Assembly (NCBI RefSeq): GCF_902459465.1
Contig: NC_047081.1
Span: 7,564,001 to 7,628,000, forward strand
Direction: 5' to 3'
Length of the DNA: 64,000 nt
Source of the DNA: Asterias rubens
Taxonomy: Eukaryota
Below, piece after piece: positions 1-13,496 of the stretch (the stretch's first letter is position 1; every line of letters starts with the position of its first letter). The notes under the pieces were generated by a model. It was not told the origin of the DNA, did not search any database, and worked only from the letters and a program-made list of their open reading frames with translations. The position numbers and the translations under genes are program-made.

Positions 1-873
1 CAAGACAAGAGCAACGGAGGCCATGGCCTTTAAGGCCATGGCTTCCATGGCCTTCGTGAAAATCCAGACCTGACATCTTCTAAACCCTTTCAGTAGTTAT
101 AAGGCAGTTGCATAGACCCATGTCCCGTACTCGGCTATCCACTTAGTGCGCTTTCAGTACATCGTACTTTGCGCTTCCTCATTTGTTTGAGCTTATAGCT
201 CAGCCTCCTGTTGGTATATCCTGAGCTAACGAAAACAATCATGAAATCTTTATATTTTATCTGTGGACAATTATTCCCGCTGTTGATGTGTCGCATTCAC
301 TTACTCCTTCTACACAATGGGGCTAAATAAATGGCTTCTGTAACTTCCCCCTAACTTCAGTTTTTCTTTTTGGTAAAAGAAAATTCGCCCCAAATATTTC
401 ACATGGCATAGCTGCCTATTCAACATTTAATTTGTAAATTATCCAGATATTGAACCATGATTGCTTTTCTCTATCCAGGAATCCTGGTTACCGTAGACTG
501 ATTTCAAGTACTCATTGTAATCCCAAGTAACAAAACCCTGAGTAAAACCCTTAGTGAGTATTTTACTATTTGACAATATCATATGTGTATAGTGATTATA
601 CGATACATGCACACCAAGGTAAATGTAATCTTTGGGTATACATGTAACATGTCTAAGTGACTGGTTAAATAAAAGATTTAATGACCAAGTAATTTATTTG
701 ACATTATTAAAACGTCTCCGGATTATAAACTGGGGGTTATTTTCTTTTTCTTCTTTCGCTCCATCTTTTCCCTCACTACCTCCCTATCCTAGAGACCCAA
801 CAATTTCCTCCGTGAAACAGAAATCCCTTAGACCAACAACCCTTCCAGATCCCGATGGGTAAAGCTTTCACTT

Positions 874-3800
874 TCAGGAACTGTCAAAGCATTTTCCTAC
901 ATGGTCTCGGTACTGCTTCGTCTTGTCCGCTGAAAACTCACGTTTGCATCGAGGGCACTCTTGTACCTTGTCTTGCGATAAGCTCTTTGAGGACGATGAA
1001 GCACCCGCACCATTCGATGTCGCACCATTCGATGGTGATTCATTGTCTCCGTCGATGCAGTCCACTTCGACAAAGGCCGGGAGAGGCTGTTGGGGTGACC
1101 CGAACCATGGTACACTAACGGAACAGGCTCTTGGCGGTGGGGTGCCAGCAGCGCCAAGGCTAGCAGCCATAGGCACCTGGTGGCGTGGCTTGGCTTGGTT
1201 CATCTGTTGTTGAAGTCTCTGTCTCAACTCGCGCTCTCTCTGGAGGTCTCCCATCAACAAATCAACCTGTAGGTGTGGATGGTAAGGTTTAAATAAACTG
1301 TTCACTTTAGAGACAGTGGACACTATTGGTAAGCGTCAAAGACCAGTCTTCTCACTTGGTGTATATCAACATATGCAAAAAATATCAAACCTGTGAAAAT
1401 TTGAAATCGATTGGTCATCGGAGTTGCGAGATAACTTTGAAAGAAAAAAACACCCTTGTCACACGAAGTTGTGTGCTTTCAGATGCTTGATTTCGAGACC
1501 TCAAGTTCTAAACTTGAAGTCTCGAAATCAAATTTGTGGAAAATTACTTCTTTCTCAAACATTATGGCGCTTCAGAGGGAGCCGTTTCTCACAATGTTTT
1601 ATACTGTCAACCTCTCCCCATTACTCGTTACCAAGTTAGGTTTTATGCTGATAATTATTTTGAGTAATTACCAATAGTGTCCACTGCCTCAAACAATTCT
1701 TATCTCTCCAACAATTGTCTCTTGTTTGACCTATCCTAAAGAAAAATGTATGTTTCTTGTGAAGAAAAGAAAGTAAGGGTTCCTCTAATATAAAGGAACT
1801 TGCATGGGACAACAAGGAGTAAAATTATCACTTTTTAGATGTTTATGGCAACATTTTATTCTGGCATTTAATTAATCCCGTTAAGATTAAAACAGCTGGT
1901 TTGAGTATCGGTCTTGACACTTGTAGACAACCTAACCATTAATGTTTCTTTCTTTGGGTGGGACGTATAAAGCCATAGGCCCTGTGTGTTGTATAATGCA
2001 CTTAAAAGACTCCAGTACATCAGCAAGGGGGGTTTGACCTGAAGTTTTCTGGTATGGTTGGCTGTAGATTGTGCCACAGCACCTAAACCGCTACATGGTA
2101 AGCAGCTACATGGTGCTATGTTAATGACTTTAATAGTACGAGTCGATTCAATGGTGGCTCACTTTTTTGTATATTGTTGGTACACCTACATTTGCTTGTT
2201 ATCCCTTGGCTTTGTCTTTGTGAGTCTTATATTCAGTGTTAGTCTGTCAATAGGTTAGGGTACAAAAGCCAAAGCTTCACCCAATCCTAAGTATTGCTCT
2301 AATGCTAACTTGCTTATATAATATTGGCTACTATTTATAACAGTCACTGTTAATATCATAAAACACGAATTAAGTATTTTATCATGTGAGGCTATTACAA
2401 AACCAATGTTTTAATGAATTAATGTTTTTTTTTTTTCAAACATAGCTCTGTATACCTAGCAAAATAATGAGTGCTTTGAGACACTCTTAGGTGTTATAAA
2501 GTTTGTGGTTGGGGTACAAAAGCCAAGGCTTCACCCATGCAATCCTAAGATTTGCCATTCTGAATTTGTATAATGTTAGCTTCTATTTAACTGTCATTGT
2601 TAATATCATAAAACACAAATTATGTATTTTATCATGTGAGGGTATTACCAAAACAATTTTGTTAATGAATTAATGGGTCGTAACGTAGCTCTCTGTATAC
2701 CTAGCAAAATAATGAGTGCGTTGAGACTATTAAGGTGTGGAACTATTATTACAAAGAAATCACAATAAGAGGGTATCTTGAAAAAGCTGCAAAAGAAATG
2801 AGAACAAATGGTGACAGGATGCAAAATTAGGGGAGGACCAATTAAGTGTTTTTTTGTGTTTACCTGTTGCCCCATTTTCTGGCAATTCCTCTTCCACTGC
2901 TCAATGTGGAAAGTGTTCTTCAACTTGAGATTCTCCATGTCTAACTGTTCTTGTCTCAGATCTTCCTCGAAGAACTTCATCTATGGGAGGGAGATGTCAA
3001 ACAGTACAATAATAATATTAAATTCTTATAAGCGCACGCATCTACCAAACAAGGTACTCAAGGCGCTGAGTTATACAAACTTTCAGAAAGACGAACTATG
3101 TAGCACCTTATAAGGGTTTACAAAGTGCTATACAGTGCATATAGCAGCCACAGCCAGGAACACCGGGGCAAACCCCTTCTCTTTTCGATAAGTGCACTTT
3201 AACATGTGTTACTTTTTCCTTCCTCTGTAATTAAATTGCTCTTTGCTGTAATTTAAAAATGTTGTAAAAAAATTACTTCCATACCTGAGCAGAGACAAGT
3301 TCATTGACCTCTTTAAGGTCAGCAAACTCAACTTTGACCTTCGCTAGCTCCTGTTCCAGGGTGCGACAGTTAGAACACTGGTGCTGCCGTTGCTGAACAG
3401 CCTGCAAGGTCTCCATAAGCTTGTTGTAGCGATCCTCAAAAATCTAGAGATAAGACAAGATTAATTATTGATTATCAAATATGTAACAGCCACGATCAAA
3501 AGGAAAAATGAAGGTTCTAAGTCAAAGTGTAAGGTTTGCTTCGTAAAAGTTTAGGAAAGTTTTGCATTTTGCTCTATCAACCAGGCGCCTACATCCTTCT
3601 GGACTGTGAAGAGGTAACACTGTTTTAGCCCCAGGGCAACATGCCCCTGGTGACAGTTGATTTTGGCCGACAGCGCAGATTAGTGAAGTGTAGCCCTCAC
3701 CTTAAAGACATTGGACACTATTGGTAACTGTCAAAGACCAGTCTTCTAGAGGAGAAAGACCTGGGGCCGATTTCACAACGGGCTAAGATTGATCATAACT

Positions 3801-6800
3801 GCAAAGCAATCGTAGTTGCTTAGTAAAGCGTGATGTCACAATGCAAATCACTACGATAATACTGACAATTTGTCTTACGATGAATTTTGTTACTTTTATC
3901 GAGGCAAAAATTTAATGCTAAGCAAATTGTTTTGCTTAGCAGCTCTATGAAATTGGGCCTTGATGTGCTTGGAGGGGGGGGGAGGGAACATTGATCCCTA
4001 CCTCTCTCTGCCTCTCCGTTGCTTGGCGATCCTTAAACAGCTGTTTGTTCTCGACCATGACTTGATCCATCTGAATGGAGTAGAGTTGAAGTTCCTCCTC
4101 CAGACGCTGGACTTGCTGTCGGTGTTTCTTACGCTCATTGGAGAGAAATTGGCTGCTAATCTGTAAAGGAGCAAGATATTTTTATTATTATTATTATTAA
4201 TTTCTCATTATGAAACCCAGGCTACAATGTTTAAAGGCACTGGGCACCTTTCGTCAAAGACCAGTCTTCTCACTTGGTGTAGCTAAAAAAATGCATTAAA
4301 AAAAACTGTGAAAATTAGAACTCAATTGGTCGTCAAAGTTGCAAGAGAATAAGGGAAGAAAAGTTGTGTGCTTTCAGATGCCTAGAATTCGAGACCTCAG
4401 CAGAGGTCTCAAACAATACTGTTTCGGGTCTTCTTGTATTTGTGACAATACTAGGCTTCCTAAAGAAAGAGACTATTTGCTTGTTCACCATGTACCTTTT
4501 TCAAATAATCTTTTTGTTGTTAAAGGAACGTTAAAGAATTAGTAAGAAAACAAAATCTTGAAGATCACAGATTCACATCAATCTTACAGGGTCTAATGAT
4601 GATGCAAGCCTAAAGTGTCATATTTGATGAGAAATAAAAAAAATTAACTTTGCGTTTGGAGTTTATCGCAAAAATGTGTAATCGATCTTTCACTTTTTTT
4701 CTTGTGACCCAGATGGCCGATCAATCTCAAACTTCTACAGGTTTGTCAGTTTTTGTATCTATGGTGGATTACATAAAGTGATTACACTGCCAGCAACTGT
4801 TTGGTTGGCAAGAACCAATTCTGTAATGTTCTTTTAAAAACTCTGATAACTTTACCTGATCTTCAGTCTTGACGGGGCTTTTGCTGCCATTTTGTTTTTT
4901 TGTATCTTCCATGAGACCAGAGACTTTAGAGCCATCGGTTGTATCGAAGTTTGGTTTCTGCGCCAACTTGACTTGGGCTTCCAGCTCCTCACAGCGTTTG
5001 GACAGCGTGTCAATCATGACTTGACCAAGGTTGAGCCTCTTCTGAAGTTTATCTTTCTACAAAAAGATAAAATCGAGCAGAAACGGGGTCAGTAAAGCGT
5101 GCTATTTCACTTGTCCTCATACTCACACAGAGCTGTCACCATTCACATCTTGCAATCAAAGACAATTCACAATTCTATGAGATATTTAGAATTTACATTC
5201 GACACAACAGGGACAAAGTTTCCATAATCAGGGAGATTTACTTTGTCCATCAGAACATGAAAAGATTGGTTTATTTTCAGGGCACTTTCTGCAGAATCAA
5301 GGAGAGTTGGCAACTCGGACCCAGAGCTGTATTACATAAAGAGAGTTTCAACAATTTCCAATTAGAAGCCAACTTGTGTCCCCAAAAACGCATTGGCGAA
5401 TACAGGACACCAGACTAGTCTGCCAATAGAAGACCCTTGAGATGCTGGCGGCAGCAGACATAACGGTCCTATTCTGCAGCTCTATGCGCGCATGCTCAGT
5501 ATTATGCGCGTAGGTCTGAGCACGCACACTACTGTGAAAAAGGACCGTTTAAAAATCTCCCATTGGGTTGTGATGCATTAAGACCAAAAATGGCGTCCAT
5601 CAACTCTCTGACCAAAGAACACTGGTCCCTTAAATGTTGCAACTCTGTCAAGACACAGCTCTGCACTTGCACTGTACCTAGCCAGCTGCAAGCCTGGAAT
5701 AACACGGAGGCAATGGCCTCCGTTACCCCTGGGCCCAATTTCATAGAGCTGCTTAAGCACAAAATTTTGCTTAAGCGAAAAATTCCTAGCTTAGAAAAAT
5801 CAGCTTACCGGCAAAAACTCCGTTCAATTGTTATGCTTAGTAAACAACAGCTAAATACCAGTTATAAGCAATGTATACATATGGCATGACATTTTGGTCA
5901 GTAACATAAAATAAGCAAGCTATTTTCTTGCTCAAGCAAATTTTTTGCTTAAGCAGCTCTATGAAATGGGCCCCTAGTCTTAGCCTTAGTGCCAAAACTT
6001 TCCCATAGACTTTTTGATTCTCCTATAATATGCAAGTGCCCTGCTGCAAAATCACAATCGCCATGCCCTCTCAGAGTTGAAATTCCAGGCCAGCAGCTGG
6101 ATTCCATTGCAATAATTATGACTGGTCGTCAGGTGATTTAACTTGCAACTAGCGGACAAGTACGGGAGAGCACTTCAAAATAGCTTTTCTTTTTACAGTA
6201 CGTAATTTTAAGCTCATTAAAAAAAAAGCGAAAAATAGTCCAAGCATACGAAGAAGAATAACTGCTAATTTGCAAAACAGTTGGATTGAATTAAGTACAC
6301 TTGAATACAAAGTAAAAATGACTTAAAAACTGCTCTAAAAACTTTAATAAATAAATATTTTAAAATTGGACTAACCTGAAACTGAAGCTCGGTGACTCGA
6401 CTTCCTTCCTCTGAGTCCTGAGAGCAAAGCTCTTTTATTCTCTCAACAAGTACTTCATTCTGATCAACTTTCTCCTGGACGTCTTTTTGTAAATTCTTGA
6501 TGATTTGGTTATACTCTGCTGTCTCCTGTGTGGATAATAATAATAATAATAATAATAGTAATTTGGGGGGCTAATCATCCTTACACACAGCTAAGAGCTG
6601 GGCCCAATAGACCGATCCAGTAGGCTCCGCCCACAACGCACGTGTGAGCAAGAACACGTGGGGCTCTCCAATGCCTTTCTGCACAACTCTGCCGCGCGCG
6701 CCAAGCATACGCGCACGCATGTCGGACCTTAGTGTCGGACCTTCGTTGCGTTGTGATTGGTCAATACGCAATGGGGCGGAGGTAATGGATCGGTCTATTT

Positions 6801-9800
6801 CATAGCGCTGCTTAGCTCAACAATTTGCTTAGCACAAAAATGTCTTCCTTGATAACAACAGGATTACCAACCAGATTTCCATTTGTTGCATATTGCTTGT
6901 TACAGGTATTCAGCTGTTGTTTGCTTATCCTGAAAATCATGTGGAAATCTGGTTGGTAATTCTGTTTTTATCAAGGCAAAAAATGTCATGCTGAGCAAAT
7001 TTTTGTGCTTAGCAGCTCTATGAAATTGGCCCCTGAACTGCGAAGGACACGGCTACAATGTATACGAGAAGCAGGCTCGCAAGAAACCTTAGGGCTGCCA
7101 GCCACATCAACCCAATTCACAGCCCTGGCCGGGAATAGAACCGGGGTCACCTTGGGGAGAGGCGAGTGCTTTACTCACACGCCAACCATGGAGAGACATG
7201 AAGGAGAGACACTTTGTCGTTAACATTTTCAACAACTAGCAAGAAGAATGTTCGTGAGACTTCTCAGTTCTGAAAAAGAACTGTCCTGCTTTTGAAAACT
7301 AATACTAAAGGTGGGAGGTATAGAACATTGGCTGGGACTACTACTTTAGCTTATAACTACCGCAGAGTCAATTCCTGACGATGACAAGAGCAAGCTAGTC
7401 GAAATGTTGAGACCAATTTCAAGAACTGACCCGCGGTAGTGCAGTTACAAGTACGATCATCCGATAAATCTACTCCGCCCGCTATAGTAGAATAAAGAAA
7501 GAAACCAAATGTATCCCAACATAATGAATGAAAAATAATTCTGTGAAAATTTGTACTCAATTGGTCATCGAAGTTACAAGAGACTAATGCAAGAAAAAAC
7601 ACCCTTGTTACCCATATTTGCGTTCAGATGCCTAATAAAAGTCTTCAGGCCTGCCTGAGTCGTTTAATATTTGAAAGCTCCCAATGGGAAACTATCTGCC
7701 AATCACCAAGAGAGGGCGCTCTTCACCAGGTAATGTCAACAACTTAGGAATAGGAGAAGCATGAGTGACGGTCACTGACAGCAAATACCTTGTGTTTTGC
7801 TTGTTTTTGATTTTGTATTTTAGATTTAGCCAAACTGTATTTTGTTTTTCGTAACACATTGCCAGCATAAACCAAACTGTTCTGAAACAGGACGTACTGG
7901 ACACGAGTTCCCCAAGAATAACAAGCGATGTGCATGAGTTTTGGGGAGTGTTTCTTCTAGGGTAATTAGCAAAAATTCCAAAATGCTGACCTACCAAAAC
8001 TTGAGAAAAAATCTGAAGTTTAGTTGTATGACAATGTATCCGATTTAATTTTCAAGAGGCTGAGAGACTTCTATATATTTTTTGAGTATTTTTGAATGTT
8101 TAGTATTTACCATTGTTTGCTATAGTAGTTGTGCACCCTTACCTGGTAGGTCTGCTGCCCTCTAGTGGCAGAGCTTTCAAAAAGTCTCCCATTGCTCAGT
8201 AGCGAGTAAGTTTTTATGCTAACGAGAAATCATGTACACATATGTATTTTATGTAATGTCTCATGCCAAAATAAAGGCAATTCTCAGAAATTTAGTGGAA
8301 AATAAAAGAAATAAAAGTGAAGGCACTGTGACCGATGTGATGTGATGCCCCAAACAATGGCCTTTATTACTCATTTCTTGCTGGTCCAGATTTTATTAGT
8401 TTTATTTATTTTTCAAATAAGGATCCAGGATAGGATTAAGGATGCACCATTACTCATAGTTCACATATAAAATTGTACAACCTTTTATTAAATGAGGAAC
8501 TTGATTATCATCCAAAATACAATAAGCCTTTTTGAGATATGGCGGACACAATGCTACAACACTAAGGTTTGGGTAAATCTGTCTGTGTGTACCCAAACCA
8601 CCTCCATGCCCAAACCAGACAGTACACCCCTAATCACGTCCGCCATACCTCAAAAAGGCTTATACTTTGCCTCACTGTAGCGTTATTGCCTCAAAGTCAT
8701 TGTCCCCATCTGCAATCAGGTTATTGTGAAAATTTTCTTAATGAGTCATGTGAGAATTCCCCTAAAAAGCACCGCAGATGAAGAAAGAAAAACTGTAATC
8801 AATAGATTTTAATTACAAAGGTTGTTTTTGGCTCCCAGCCACGATGCTGATTAAACAATATGGGGATAACAAAGAGTACACAATGGACTCTGACAAGTTA
8901 AGCTTTGTGGTTTGTTTATGTGGCTAGGATTGTGAAATGTAGGCCTATTAGGGAAACCCCCTCAGTCTGCGCAGTATACAAAGTGAAGTGTTCCACATAC
9001 ATGTATCAGCAGTTTCACCCAGAACAAATAGGTTGAATCATACATTTTATGACTGCCTGCAGTTTCATTGCTACAGTATAAACCCTGCTCTTTATAGATC
9101 GAAATGTGAACTCTGTTCAACGGGAACCTCCCCCACCCCACCCCATAACAAAACAAAACAAAAAACTCACTAAAAATTGATAATAATACTAACAATAACT
9201 AGTTCTTATAGTGCCCTGGTCATTGGGCAAGTATCATTCCATTAATAATAATTTAGGGGGGCAAATCATCCTTACTTGCAGCATGTAAGAGCTGAGTTGC
9301 AAAGGACGCGGCTACAACGTGTTCGAGAAGCAGGCATGCAAGGGCGCCTTTGGCTGCCAGCCACATCAACCCATTATAACCACGGAGCACAGCCAAGATC
9401 GAAAGTGTTTGATTTTTCCCAAGCGAGGAAAATCGGATGGTCTGGAAAACCCTCGTGGCACAGCAAAGAACCAATGCACAACTCAACTCACATATGGCCC
9501 CGGCCGGGAATCGAACCGGGGTCACCTTGGTGAGAGGTGAGCGCTTTACGCACACGCCAACCATTAATCCTTCCTATGCTCTCTTGTGAGTTGTTGTACA
9601 GTCCCAGGCTGCTTTTGTGTGCTTAATTAAGCAGCTCTATGAAATTTGGCCCAGTGGGTTTCACAAAGAGTCAGGACCAGTCTTATCTCTAGTTAGGACG
9701 AGTTAGGACTAGCCATACGTTTTTAATTTCCCCTAGGACTACTCCTAACTCTTCGTGAAATCGAGTCATCGACCCAAGGTTTCATAACCCACACCCTGAT

Positions 9801-12700
9801 GACTTAACCACCAGAATTGAATTTGATGCTTGGCCCTGACACTAAATTGATGACAAATTTAAGAAATATTTTCATCATTCCTCAAAGGCGTCATCGACAT
9901 AATTAGAAATGACGGATGAAGGGCAAAGCTAGTGATTGGTTGATTCAGAAACTGTAATTAAAGGGAAGTACACGTTTGGTAATTACTCAAAACAAATATT
10001 AACTTAAAAATTTACTTGGTAACGAGCATTGGAGAGCTGTTGATATTATAAAACATTGTGGGAAACGACTCCCTCTGAAGTAATGTAGTTTTTGAGAAAG
10101 AGGTAATTTCTCACTAAAATTCGTACAACAAGGGTGTTCTTTCTTTCATCATTTTCTCGCAACTTCGATGACCGATTGAGCCCAAAATTTTCACAGGCTT
10201 GTTATTTTATGCTTATGATGGGATACACCAAGTGAGAACACTGGTCTTTGACAGATACCAAACGTGTACAGTGCCTTTAAAGACTTGTCATAAGTTTTCT
10301 GTTTCATAGCAATTTGGATTGATTGCAAAATATGAAAATGCAAGCACAGTGTAAATGAAAATTAATTCTCGAATATCACCAATTTACATTGACAGTTGTA
10401 ATATAAGAAGTTCTCAAGCTGTTAAAAAAACTGTTATTGTTATTTTATGCTTATGATGGGATACACCAAGTGAGAACACTGGTCTTTGACAATTACCAAT
10501 AGTGTACAGTGTCTTTAAGTGAGAAATGGAGATTTTAAATTTAAAGTGTGGTTGTTCATTCTATCATTCTGAGAAAATATCTTACCAAAATTGTGTCCAC
10601 ACTCATCGATTTCTCCTTGGCCAGAAGCGTTAGCTGCTCTTTGTAAAACACTGCTTCTCGAATCAGAAGTTCATGTTCTTCGTGCGGGACGCCACCTGTT
10701 CTTTTGCCCTCAGTTCCTTGCTGTGTTTGACTTTTATCTTGGTTCATCATGGATGATATTGCCTCCTGAATCAAAATCATAAATTGAAAACAAAAACTTA
10801 GGCCATATTTCCACACAAGGTTCAAAAAGAAGTAATCCCTGATTTATTTCAATTTCACAACATAAAGATTTTAGAATGAAAAGACCAGCGAAATATTCAA
10901 CTTTAGCAGCCAACCTTTTTGATGTTATTCTTATAAATGTTGAGTACGTCTGTGTTTAGATTGTTTTTCCGACAGTGTGAGGAAACACTTGTGGGGACAA
11001 ATCAACTTCTAAAGCAATAACAAAACAAAGCAAAATCTTGATACATGGGTTTAGACATCTCTATTTTTAGTTACTTACAAAGTCATTCAAGAGGAAATTG
11101 TTGTGGAGAAATTAACAGTACAAATGAAAAGCGATAATAAAAAAAACCAATTGAAATCCTGGAAAGCATTTCGACACCTACCGTACTCAGTTATTTACAG
11201 AATATCGCAAGAGGAAATGCTAACTTTGAACCCCGCCCCCCCGCCCCCCCCCCCCCCCACCGTACTAAAAAATAACCATGCATGGTTGAGCAAACCTACG
11301 TGGACCCTTTGTGCAACACAAGGTGTAGTGTACACATTTGTATAGTCTGTTGTGATGTTGACAACACAAGGTGTACACTGTATTTACAACAACACATTTC
11401 TACACCCTCTGTTGTGATGTTGTAATATTTTCTCATTTTGGACTGCCCCAAGTCTCGAAATCCCACCAAAATACAATCCAGGGTAACAGGGTTTCCTGTT
11501 GTGCATGTTAACTGCCCAGATCCCTGGATAGTTGCAAAAGGGCGGAAGCTCAGTCAGTCAATTTATTTATAAAGGGTTGTTAGATTGGTACTGTAGTTTC
11601 TCACATTGTGAACTTCACCCTGATGAGAAATGTGTGCACGCCTCTTAACACTTTCACCAAAAAGGGAAAGATATCAAGTATCAAGTAAGGCACCCGACAC
11701 TATTGGTTATTACTCCAAATAATTGTTAGCATAAAAACTTATTTGGTAATGAGCAGTATAAAACATTGTGAGAAATGGCTCCCTCTGAAGAACTATTTTT
11801 TGAGAAAGAAGTGAATCGGAGATCTCAGCTGAGGTCTCAAATTCAAGCATCTAAAAGCACACAACTTTTCAACTAAGTGTTTGTTTCCCCATTATTCTCT
11901 TGAAACTTTGACGACCAAATGAGTTCAAAATTTCACAGGTTTGTTATTTTGTGCATTCTATGTCAAGATATACCAAGTGAGAAGACTGGTCTTTGACAAC
12001 TACCAAAAGTGTCCGGCGTCTTTCCTAGATCCCTTAGTGTTGCAAAAAGTAGTAAACGTTGACTGAGCACTCAGGCACTCAGGGTTGTTTGATTTTTGAG
12101 CTGGTATAGTTCCTCACATTCTGAACTTCACCATAATGAGAAATGTTTGCCCGCGTCTTAACACTTTCACCGAAATGGGAAAGATATTTATTATTATGAA
12201 GAGTAATGAAACACTTGGAAACTGTCTGGGTAAACTTGAACAAATGAGAAAACAACTTTTATTTGTACCTTCTTCTGAGTTGAAACATCAGACTGCGGTA
12301 ACCGTCTCTGAGCCTTCTTAAATCCTCTCATTGCTTCTCCGCCCTCTCCAGACGAATATCTCTCATCCTCTTCATTTGCATCCCCAAGACACTTCTCACA
12401 AATAACATGACCTTTCTCCATTTTTCCCAGCAACTCTGCATTTTTTCTCTGCTCTTTCGTCAGAGAGTCCCTCGTTCTTGATAACTGAGCGTACACTCTT
12501 GTTACGTCAAGCTCAAGATGTTTTGCCCTCTCATTATCCCGTTCGGAATTCTTCTTCATTTCATGGAACTCGTCTACGACCTTCTTAAAGGCATTGCTCC
12601 TCCTGTTTATAACAACTTCCGAACGACTTTTCTGGTCGATCATCAGTGCTACCTGACTCGGAGATAGCTGATCTGAAATTCTTGTGAGTAAATCTGCCAT
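874..12700 (-). CDS. Coiled-coil protein of NEMO/optineurin/ABIN(TNIP) type with UBAN-like motifs and C-terminal CCHC zinc finger; 8 coding exons, ~596 aa
   Basis: Manual join of 12269-12700, 10586-10765, 6376-6525, 4856-5056, 4002-4160, 3285-3443, 2864-2980, 874-1266. All introns are GT-AG and phase 0, and every exon length is a multiple of 3. Heptad-rich E/Q/K/L sequence; VSAQMKFFEEDLRQEQLD resembles the UBAN helix; ends VQECPRCKREFSADKTKQYRDHVGKCFDSS*. An in-frame ATG at 12841 could add 47 aa. The exact orthologue (TNIP, OPTN/NEMO or CEP55) is not resolved. Confidence 0.78.
1307..1690. mobile_element. MITE family A (TTAA-flanked, Kolobok-like non-autonomous DNA transposon)
   Basis: TIR AGGCAGTGGACACTATTGGTAA...TTACCAATAGTGTCCACTGCCT. 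About 20 full or partial copies in the window. TTAA flanks with AG..CT termini fit Kolobok better than piggyBac. Confidence 0.8.
2257..2740. repeat. Tandem duplication, ~255-bp unit, in the last intron of the ABIN/NEMO-like gene
   Basis: Both units start GGGTACAAAAGCCAA.GCTTCACCC (about 2258 and 2513) and share ATCATAAAACAC...CCTAGCAAAATAATGAGTGC. Confidence 0.75.
5731..5973. mobile_element. Harbinger-like MITE (GGCCCAATTTCATAGAGCTGC TIR)
   Basis: TIRs at both ends. Related copies at 3763-3960, 6601-7032, 26757-26990, 37045-37286, 37481-37665, 41248-41420, 50257-50497; several have CWG flanks. Confidence 0.75.
6540..7195 (-). mobile_element. tRNA-derived SINE carrying nested Harbinger-like MITE and AT-flanked MITE
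   Basis: Co-linear with the SINE at 9245-9565 once 6601-7035 is removed. Confidence 0.75.
9245..9565 (-). mobile_element. tRNA-derived SINE
   Basis: Minus strand starts GGTTGGCGTG..., has B box GGTTCGATTCC and a (TTA)n tail. Confidence 0.7.
9958..10280. mobile_element. MITE family A variant
   Basis: Same internal sequence; TTAA at both ends. Confidence 0.75.
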
Positions 12701-13101
12701 GATAAGGTGAATCACACCAAACGTAAAACACAAAGCGAAGTATGAGCAGAAGCTATTTTGACTCTTTAACCTCTTCGTTCTAACTTTAAGCTTTTCTGTA
12801 GTTGGAAATGTGGAGTAAAGCATGTAGCACCAGTGAACCATTATTCAGTTCCAAGAAAGAATGTAACATTCTGAAGAAGAAAAAAAAGGGACAACAAATT
12901 CAAATTTGGTCGCATATAATTGTACAGTATCATCATGGATTACTCCACAGAAATCGATTAGGAATATTAATTTGTAAATTATAATGTATTACAAATTGAA
13001 ACAATAGTGAAGAACCTCAAATATGCACTACAGGAGAAACACTATAGATGCTCTTGAAAGCTACAACCCAGAGCTCAATTTCGTATGTAAGCATGTAACT
13101 G

Positions 13102-13496
13102 TTAAAGGAACACGTTGCCTCGAATCAGGCGAACTGGTCTTTGAAAAGCTTTTGGTAACCGTTTGTTATCAAATCGATGGTTGAAAGATGTTGTAAAAGT
13201 AGAATATTATGATCCACACAAGTGTCACTCAAAATAATATTGTCGACTAACAATAATGGTGGGCCATTTATAGGAGTCAAATATATTTGACTCCCATAAA
13301 TGGTCGATCTTGCTAGTTCGCGACGTAAAATGAATACCGTGCAATTTTGAGTGATAGGCCTACTTGTGTGGATCATTATTATAATAAAAAATTCTACTTT
13401 TAGAATGTCTTTCTAACCATGCATTTCATAAAACAACGGTTTCAAATGCTTTTTATAGTCCAACTCGTCCGATCCAAGGCAATGTGTTGTTTTAAA
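13102..13496. mobile_element. MITE family B
   Basis: Same TIR and palindromic body as 42622-43014. Confidence 0.75.

Noticed and set aside
2645-2863. Read-through extension of ORF 2645-2980 beyond the donor
   Set aside because: Sequence after CAG|GTAAAC is intronic tandem repeat; splicing to the zinc-finger exon gives the coherent product.
8151-8170. Second CTCF-like motif (CTGCCCTCTAGTGG)
   Set aside because: Lies in the terminus of a palindromic MITE family, so it is not independent evidence of an insulator.
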